This document shows positions 59,439-64,000 of a stretch of 64,000 nt of DNA, piece by piece. The stretch is taken from the NCBI GenBank assembly GCA_046351535.1, contig JAXLYG010000005.1:101334-165333 (forward strand). Reading direction: 5' to 3'. A program made the position numbers and the translations under genes. The DNA comes from Polyangiales bacterium (GTDB taxonomy: Bacteria > Myxococcota_A > Polyangia > Polyangiales > Ga0077539). The notes beneath the pieces were generated by a model that was not told the origin of the DNA, did not search any database, and saw nothing but the letters and a program-made list of their open reading frames with translations. Within the stretch, counting starts at the first letter, position 1; the number at the start of each line of letters is the position of its first letter.

Positions 59439-60348
59439 ATGCGAACCCGTCTGACCCTCGCGCTCACGCTCGCGCTCGCCGCGTGCGATGACGCCACCAC
59501 CGCGCCTCCGGTGACCGCCGACGCGGCGCCCGACGTCACCGCCGACGCGGTGAGCGACGTCGCCCGCGACACCTCCGTCGACGACGCCCTCGCCGACCTC
59601 GTGACCCCCGTCGATCGCAGCGCACCCGACGTGCGCGACGTGACCGTGGCCGACGTCACCCCGCGCGATGTCACCGCGAGCGACGTGACCGCCAGCGATG
59701 TGACCGCCAGCGACGTCACCGCGACGGATGTCACCGCGACGGACGTCACCGCGCGTGACGTGTCCGCGACGGATGTCATGGCGACCGACGCGCCCGTCGC
59801 GGTCGGTCCGTACCCCGCGGGGCCCTATGGAAACCGCGAGGGAGACATCCTCGCGAACCTCTCGTGGGAGGGCTACCAGAACCTCGACGGACGCGCGGTC
59901 TCGACCACGCTCCCCTACGGCCCGATGACGCTCCAGACGGTGCGCGAGACGGGGCGCCACTACGCCCTCGTGCACCTCTCGGAGTTCTATTGACCCGGCT
60001 GTCAGCACGCGGCCCGTGATCTGGCCGTGCAAGGACCGATGGTGCTCGCTGCGGGCGGTGCGGTGGTCGAGATCCTCGAGTCGACGGCGCTGTCCTTCAC
60101 GCCGCGCGCGAACCTCGACGCGTGGATCAACACGTACCGCCTCCCGGTGACGGCCGTGATCGACCCCCCCCGCCGAGCGCGTGACCCGCACGCTGATGAC
60201 CTACGGGATCCGCGAGAGCCTCTTCGTCGTCGACCTGCGCACCATGCAGATCGTCAACAAGTTCAACGGCTCCGTGGCGGGCGTCGGCGACTCGTCGATC
60301 ACCATGGGCATCGCGCGCGTGCTCGAACTCCTCCGCAGCGGGATGTGA
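59439..60348 (+). CDS. thioredoxin-fold (TlpA/redoxin-like) lipoprotein; in-frame TGA at the catalytic Cys position (candidate selenocysteine, Y-U-P-G-C) plus a C8 homopolymer frameshift; alternatively a pseudogene
   Basis: ATG 59439 with lipobox LALAAC, and DVTASDV repeats. ...ALVHLSEFY-[TGA 59991-59993]-PGCQHAARDL... continues in the same frame. After the C8 run at 60164-60171, a +1 shift gives ...VIDPPAERVTRTLMTYGIRESLFVVDLRTMQIVNKFNGSV..., which is the redoxin C-terminal ygv.g.PttflID..G.I pattern. Stop at 60346-60348. Confidence 0.45.
59630..59790. repeat. 15-nt tandem repeats encoding a DVTA(S/T) linker
   Basis: gacgtgaccgccagc-type units repeated about 9 times. Confidence 0.6.
60008..60029 (+). 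other. hairpin 15 nt downstream of the in-frame TGA (SECIS-like candidate)
   Basis: CGCGGCC-cgtgatct-GGCCGTG: a 7-bp stem with one G.U pair and an 8-nt loop containing GU. Confidence 0.25.
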
Positions 60349-60363
60349 TAGTCGTCGCGTCCG

Positions 60364-61185
60364 ATGAACCTCTCTCGCGAGGACCTCGACGAGGTCTCAC
60401 ACACGCTCCTCGACATCGCGCGTGAGGCGGCGGCGCTGCTCCGCGCGGGGTGGCACACGGGCGTCGAGGTCGAGCACAAGGGCTCCATCGACCTCGTGAC
60501 GAAATATGACCGGGCCTCCGAGGCCCTGCTCGTGGCGCGCTTTCGCGAGCGGCTCCCGCGCTTCGACGTCGTGGCCGAGGAGCGCGGCGGCGCGCCTTCG
60601 GGCGAGCGTCCGGTGCTCTGGGCCGACCCCCTCGACGGAACCACCAACTTCGCGCACGGCCACCCCTTCTACTGCGTCTCGATCGGTCTGCTCGACGGCC
60701 CGACGCCCCTCGCCGCCGCCGTGGTGGCCCCCTCGCTCGACGCCGAGTACCGCGCGGCGAAGGGAAGCGGCGCGTGGCGCAACGGCCGACGGTGCCAGGT
60801 CACGCGCACCGCGACGCTCGCCGAGTCGCTCCTCGCGACGGGCTTTCCGTACGACGCGCACACCGACGCCGAGAACAACCTCCGAGAGTTCTGCGCGCTC
60901 ACGCGCCGCACCCGCGGCGTCCGTCGCTGCGGCTCCGCGGCGCTCGACCTGTGCCTCACGGCCGATGGGTCCTTCGACGCGTACTGGGAGCGCAAGCTCA
61001 AGCCATGGGACGTCGCCGCGGGCGCCCTCATGGTGCTCGAAGCGGGCGGGCGCCTGAGCGACCTCGACGGCGCCCCTGTCGACGTGCGCGCGGGGCAGCT
61101 CATGGCGAGCAACGGACCGCTCCACGAGCCGCTCCTCGCGGCGATCCGCGCGGCGCGAGAGGCCGCGCCGCCCGTGATGTGGTGA
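60364..61185 (+). CDS. inositol monophosphatase family protein (SuhB/ImpA-like)
   Basis: WADPLDGTTNFAHG metal-binding motif, plus WDVAAGALMVLEAGG in the C-terminal region. Confidence 0.8.
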   Translation: MNLSREDLDEVSHTLLDIAREAAALLRAGWHTGVEVEHKGSIDLVTKYDRASEALLVARFRERLPRFDVVAEERGGAPSGERPVLWADPLDGTTNFAHGHPFYCVSIGLLDGPTPLAAAVVAPSLDAEYRAAKGSGAWRNGRRCQVTRTATLAESLLATGFPYDAHTDAENNLREFCALTRRTRGVRRCGSAALDLCLTADGSFDAYWERKLKPWDVAAGALMVLEAGGRLSDLDGAPVDVRAGQLMASNGPLHEPLLAAIRAAREAAPPVMW

Positions 61186-61198
61186 TGCGCGGGGCGCG

Positions 61199-63376
61199 CT
61201 ACTCCGCGCGCACCTGAGAGGGCCGCAGGTGCGGCCCGAAGACGCCGTCGCCGTAGCTCTGCCCCGGCGCGCCGCCCCAGCACCACACGGTGCCGTCTTC
61301 GCGCAGCGCGCAGGTGAGCGATCCGCTCGCGACGACCTTCGTGACGTGGTCGAGGCCGGGCACCTCCGCGGGCTCCGTGCGCGATCGCGTGGCGCCGTCG
61401 TCGCCGAGCTGTCCGTCGCCGTTGTCGCCCCAGCAGCGCACGGTGCCGTTCTCCATGCGCGCGCAGGAGTGCGTGTCTCCCACGGCCACCTCGACGGCGC
61501 CGCGCGCGCCGGTCACCTCGACGGGCGTCGCGCGCTCGGAGAACACGCCCGTGCCGAGCTGACCCGCGCGGCCGCGTCCCCAGCATCGCACCGCGCCGCC
61601 GCGCTCGACCGCGCACGCGTGCCCTGCGCTCACGGCGAGCGAGATCACCGCGCCGAGGTCGTCGCGCGCGATCGGACGCGGCTGTACAGCGCGCGCGCTG
61701 CGAGAGATGAGACCCCACTCGAGGTCGCGCCCCCAGCACCGCGGCGGGGCGCCGTCGGAGAGCGCGCAGATCGCGTGCTCGAAGGTCTGGACGCGGGTCA
61801 CGCCCGTGAGGCCCGCGATGCGGGTGAAGGTCAGCGGCGTCGTGATCTGGGTGCCCCGAGAGGTGTCGCACGCGACGGTGCCGTCACGCATCGAGACGCA
61901 GAGGGCCGACCTCCCTCCCGCGATCGAGACGCCGGGAGATGGGAGCGTCGGCGTGTCGAACTCCTCGCGCGGCGGAGGCGCCTCCGGCGGCTCCTCGAGG
62001 TCACCGGACTCTTCGGGGGGATCGGGGTAGAGCGCGCGCGCGCACCGCAGCGCGCCTTCGTGGGAGAGGGCGCAGCACGACAAGCCGCGCGACGCGATGC
62101 CGGCGGCGTCGCCGAGCCCCACGCGGGGTCGAGGGAGCGCGCTCGCGGTCACGCCGATGTCGAAGAGGGCGTTGAGGTTCGACCTGCTGTTCCAGCACCG
62201 CGCGGGGCCGCGTTCGAAGGTGGCGCAGAGGCCGTCCTCCGTGCTGACGAGGTCGCGAACGCCCGTGAGCGCGGCGCCGCCCGCGGGAACCATTCGCCAG
62301 CGCGGCGCGCGCGCTGCGAGCTGGCCGTGCTGGTTGTCGCCCCAGCAGCGAAGCTCGGTGCCTTCGAGCACCGCGCACACGAAGTTCCCGCCGACCGCGA
62401 GCAGGCGCACGGGGGGGAGACCCGTCACGGGCTGCCTCTCGGCGGTGTCAGAAGTGGAGCCCCGGACGCCCGTTCCGTCGAGGTCTTCGGCGTTGCCCCA
62501 GAGGGTCACGCGGTCGCGCGTCGCGACGGCCCAGGCCTGATCGCCCTGCGAGAGCGCGACCACGTCCGTGAACGACTCGGGCGTGCGCGGGAGGTCTGAG
62601 GGCGTCGGCAACGCGAGCCGTTCGGCGCGGTCACCGCGCAGCGCGAAGATGTGCCACAGGCCCCCGACGAGTTCCCGCACCGCGCCCGGCTCGTAGGGAA
62701 AGCTCTGCGGCCCCCGCGGCGTCACGCAACGCACGGGACCCGACCGCGTCACCGCGCAGGTCGCGGCGCCCGACGCGGCCACGCGCGTCGCGTCGTCGAG
62801 GTGCGCGGGTCGCGGCGCGTCGCGCGCGAAGCCCCCGGCCGCGGCGCGGAGCCACTGGACCACCGCGCCGTCGCGTCGAACGGCGAACACCTCCCTCGGC
62901 GAGATCGCGACGTCGATCAGGTCGCTCACGGCGCTCGCGGTGAGGGGCGACCGGTCGCAGTCGCTGTCGTCGTCGCGGTTGGTGCCCCACTTCCCCCAGC
63001 AGGAGAGCGAGCCCGAGCGGGTGAGGGCGCACGCGAGGCCGCTCTGCATCGCGATGCGCACGACATCGGTGAGGCCCGGCACCTGCTGCGGCTCGGCGCG
63101 GTCTTCGGCGGGCGCCCCGTCGCCCAGCAGACCCACCTCGTCGCTGCCCCAGCACCACACCGTCGCGTCGCTGCGTAGCGCGCACGCCGACGCGCCGTCC
63201 GCCGCGATGGCCGTGTAGCGCAACGGCCCCGCGGTGGCCTCGACGGGCGCGGTCGCCACGGGCGGGGTCACCACGGGCGCGGCCACCGCGGGCGCGGCCA
63301 CGGGCGGAGGCGTCTGCACCGCGGCGTGACACGCGGTGGCGAGCGCGACGGCGGAGATCGTTCGTAGCCGAATCAT
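61199..63376 (-). CDS. RCC1-repeat (double beta-propeller) protein, exported
   Basis: Start ATG 63376 (MIRLRTISAVALATACHA). Many CWG...GQLG RCC1 blades, for example VRCWGDNGDGQLG. A Pro/Glu-rich linker separates two repeat blocks. Confidence 0.65.
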   Translation of the reverse strand: MIRLRTISAVALATACHAAVQTPPPVAAPAVAAPVVTPPVATAPVEATAGPLRYTAIAADGASACALRSDATVWCWGSDEVGLLGDGAPAEDRAEPQQVPGLTDVVRIAMQSGLACALTRSGSLSCWGKWGTNRDDDSDCDRSPLTASAVSDLIDVAISPREVFAVRRDGAVVQWLRAAAGGFARDAPRPAHLDDATRVAASGAATCAVTRSGPVRCVTPRGPQSFPYEPGAVRELVGGLWHIFALRGDRAERLALPTPSDLPRTPESFTDVVALSQGDQAWAVATRDRVTLWGNAEDLDGTGVRGSTSDTAERQPVTGLPPVRLLAVGGNFVCAVLEGTELRCWGDNQHGQLAARAPRWRMVPAGGAALTGVRDLVSTEDGLCATFERGPARCWNSRSNLNALFDIGVTASALPRPRVGLGDAAGIASRGLSCCALSHEGALRCARALYPDPPEESGDLEEPPEAPPPREEFDTPTLPSPGVSIAGGRSALCVSMRDGTVACDTSRGTQITTPLTFTRIAGLTGVTRVQTFEHAICALSDGAPPRCWGRDLEWGLISRSARAVQPRPIARDDLGAVISLAVSAGHACAVERGGAVRCWGRGRAGQLGTGVFSERATPVEVTGARGAVEVAVGDTHSCARMENGTVRCWGDNGDGQLGDDGATRSRTEPAEVPGLDHVTKVVASGSLTCALREDGTVWCWGGAPGQSYGDGVFGPHLRPSQVRAE

Positions 63377-64000
63377 CGAGGCGCGACCGCTGCGTTGCTC
63401 GCGACGGTGACCGGCGCGGCGATCGAGACGTGCGTCCGCTGCGCCCACCGACGGATGTACACCGCGGCGCGCGCGGGCAGGTCGCGGCGCGCGAGGAGGT
63501 CACGCAGCGAGGCCGTCGCCGCGGGGCCGTGCACGGGGTTGGTCGCGAGGCGCTGAATGGCCGCGAAGCGCACGGCGGGATCCTCTGCGTTGAGGTCCCC
63601 GAGCGCGTGCGACTCGATCGCGGCGGCGCGCTGCGCGGGGGTGTCTGCGCCGTGCGCGCGCCACCAGCGGATCCACGAGGTCACGACGCGGCGTCGCGCG
63701 TCGGCCGTGTTCAGGGCGTTGCGCTCCCACGGCGCGACGGGCATCGGGTCGTCGCCCGCGACGCGCCCGAGCTGTCGGAGGATCTCGCGCTCGAGCTCCC
63801 AGAACTGCGTGTCGCGACGGGCCACATCGGCGAGGTGGTTGAGCATGTAGGGCACGGCCTCGGGGGCGCGCGTCGCGGCGAGCACCTGCATGAGCCGCGG
63901 GCCGCGCTGCTCGGAGCCATCGACGCTCATGAGGTTGTGCTCCGCGCCCTCGGGGCGCATGAGCGCGAGGCCGATAGCGTGCGCGGCGGCGGAGCCTCCG
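63373..64000 (-). CDS. hypothetical protein with HEAT-like repeats (N-terminus lies beyond the window end)
   Basis: The ORF is open to the window edge. DPAVRFAAIQRLATN is a HEAT-like segment. The stop overlaps the RCC1 gene's start by 4 nt. Confidence 0.4.
   Translation of the reverse strand, partial: GGSAAAHAIGLALMRPEGAEHNLMSVDGSEQRGPRLMQVLAATRAPEAVPYMLNHLADVARRDTQFWELEREILRQLGRVAGDDPMPVAPWERNALNTADARRRVVTSWIRWWRAHGADTPAQRAAAIESHALGDLNAEDPAVRFAAIQRLATNPVHGPAATASLRDLLARRDLPARAAVYIRRWAQRTHVSIAAPVTVASNAAVAPR

Noticed and set aside
59394-60191. 265-aa minus-strand ORF antisense to the redoxin/Sec gene
   Set aside because: It has Arg/Gly/His-rich low complexity and mirrors the coding repeats of the plus-strand lipoprotein gene. 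It is not coding.

Overview
This is a high-GC (~70%), gene-dense chromosomal segment, most likely from a myxobacterium. The clues are a Myxococcus-type cysteine-rich repeat protein, many lipobox lipoproteins with D/V/T/A/S linker repeats, several ECF sigma/anti-sigma pairs, and RCC1 and HEAT repeat proteins. The window covers the replication-origin neighbourhood: gyrB, recF, dnaN and dnaA lie together on the minus strand, with DnaA-box clusters (core TCCACAGG) on both sides of dnaA and an AT-rich stretch between dnaA and dnaN. I can support about 58 protein genes and 2 tRNAs (Ala-CGC and Cys-GCA). I see no rRNA, no CRISPR array and no transposase or integrase. Housekeeping content includes gcdH, thiE, rarA, suhB-like, ctpA-like, a thiolase/MaoC beta-oxidation pair, a LeuA-like synthase, an RpoH-like sigma factor and two ECF sigma/anti-sigma pairs. 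The envelope-related content is large: two sulfatases, a purple-acid-phosphatase-like enzyme, two PHP metallohydrolases, a GH31 glycosidase, an octaheme cytochrome c and YHYH and PEBP lipoproteins. The most unusual items are: (1) a thioredoxin-fold lipoprotein gene whose catalytic Cys codon is an in-frame TGA (Y-U-P-G-C), with a downstream hairpin and a C8 homopolymer frameshift; (2) a six-gene ECF-sigma/FecR operon with YHYH, PEBP and uncharacterised exported proteins; (3) a standalone PAAR-like DUF4280 protein with an AT-rich palindromic leader near tRNA-Cys; (4) a polytopic GxGD membrane protein that may be an intramembrane aspartyl protease; (5) a Fic-fold protein with a degenerate active-site motif beside tRNA-Ala; (6) a frameshifted PHP metallohydrolase. 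Note that coordinates I read by hand from the displayed sequence disagree with the ORF-track coordinates by one base for recF, dnaN and the dnaA stop, so positions between roughly 12.6 kb and 16.8 kb are +/-1.
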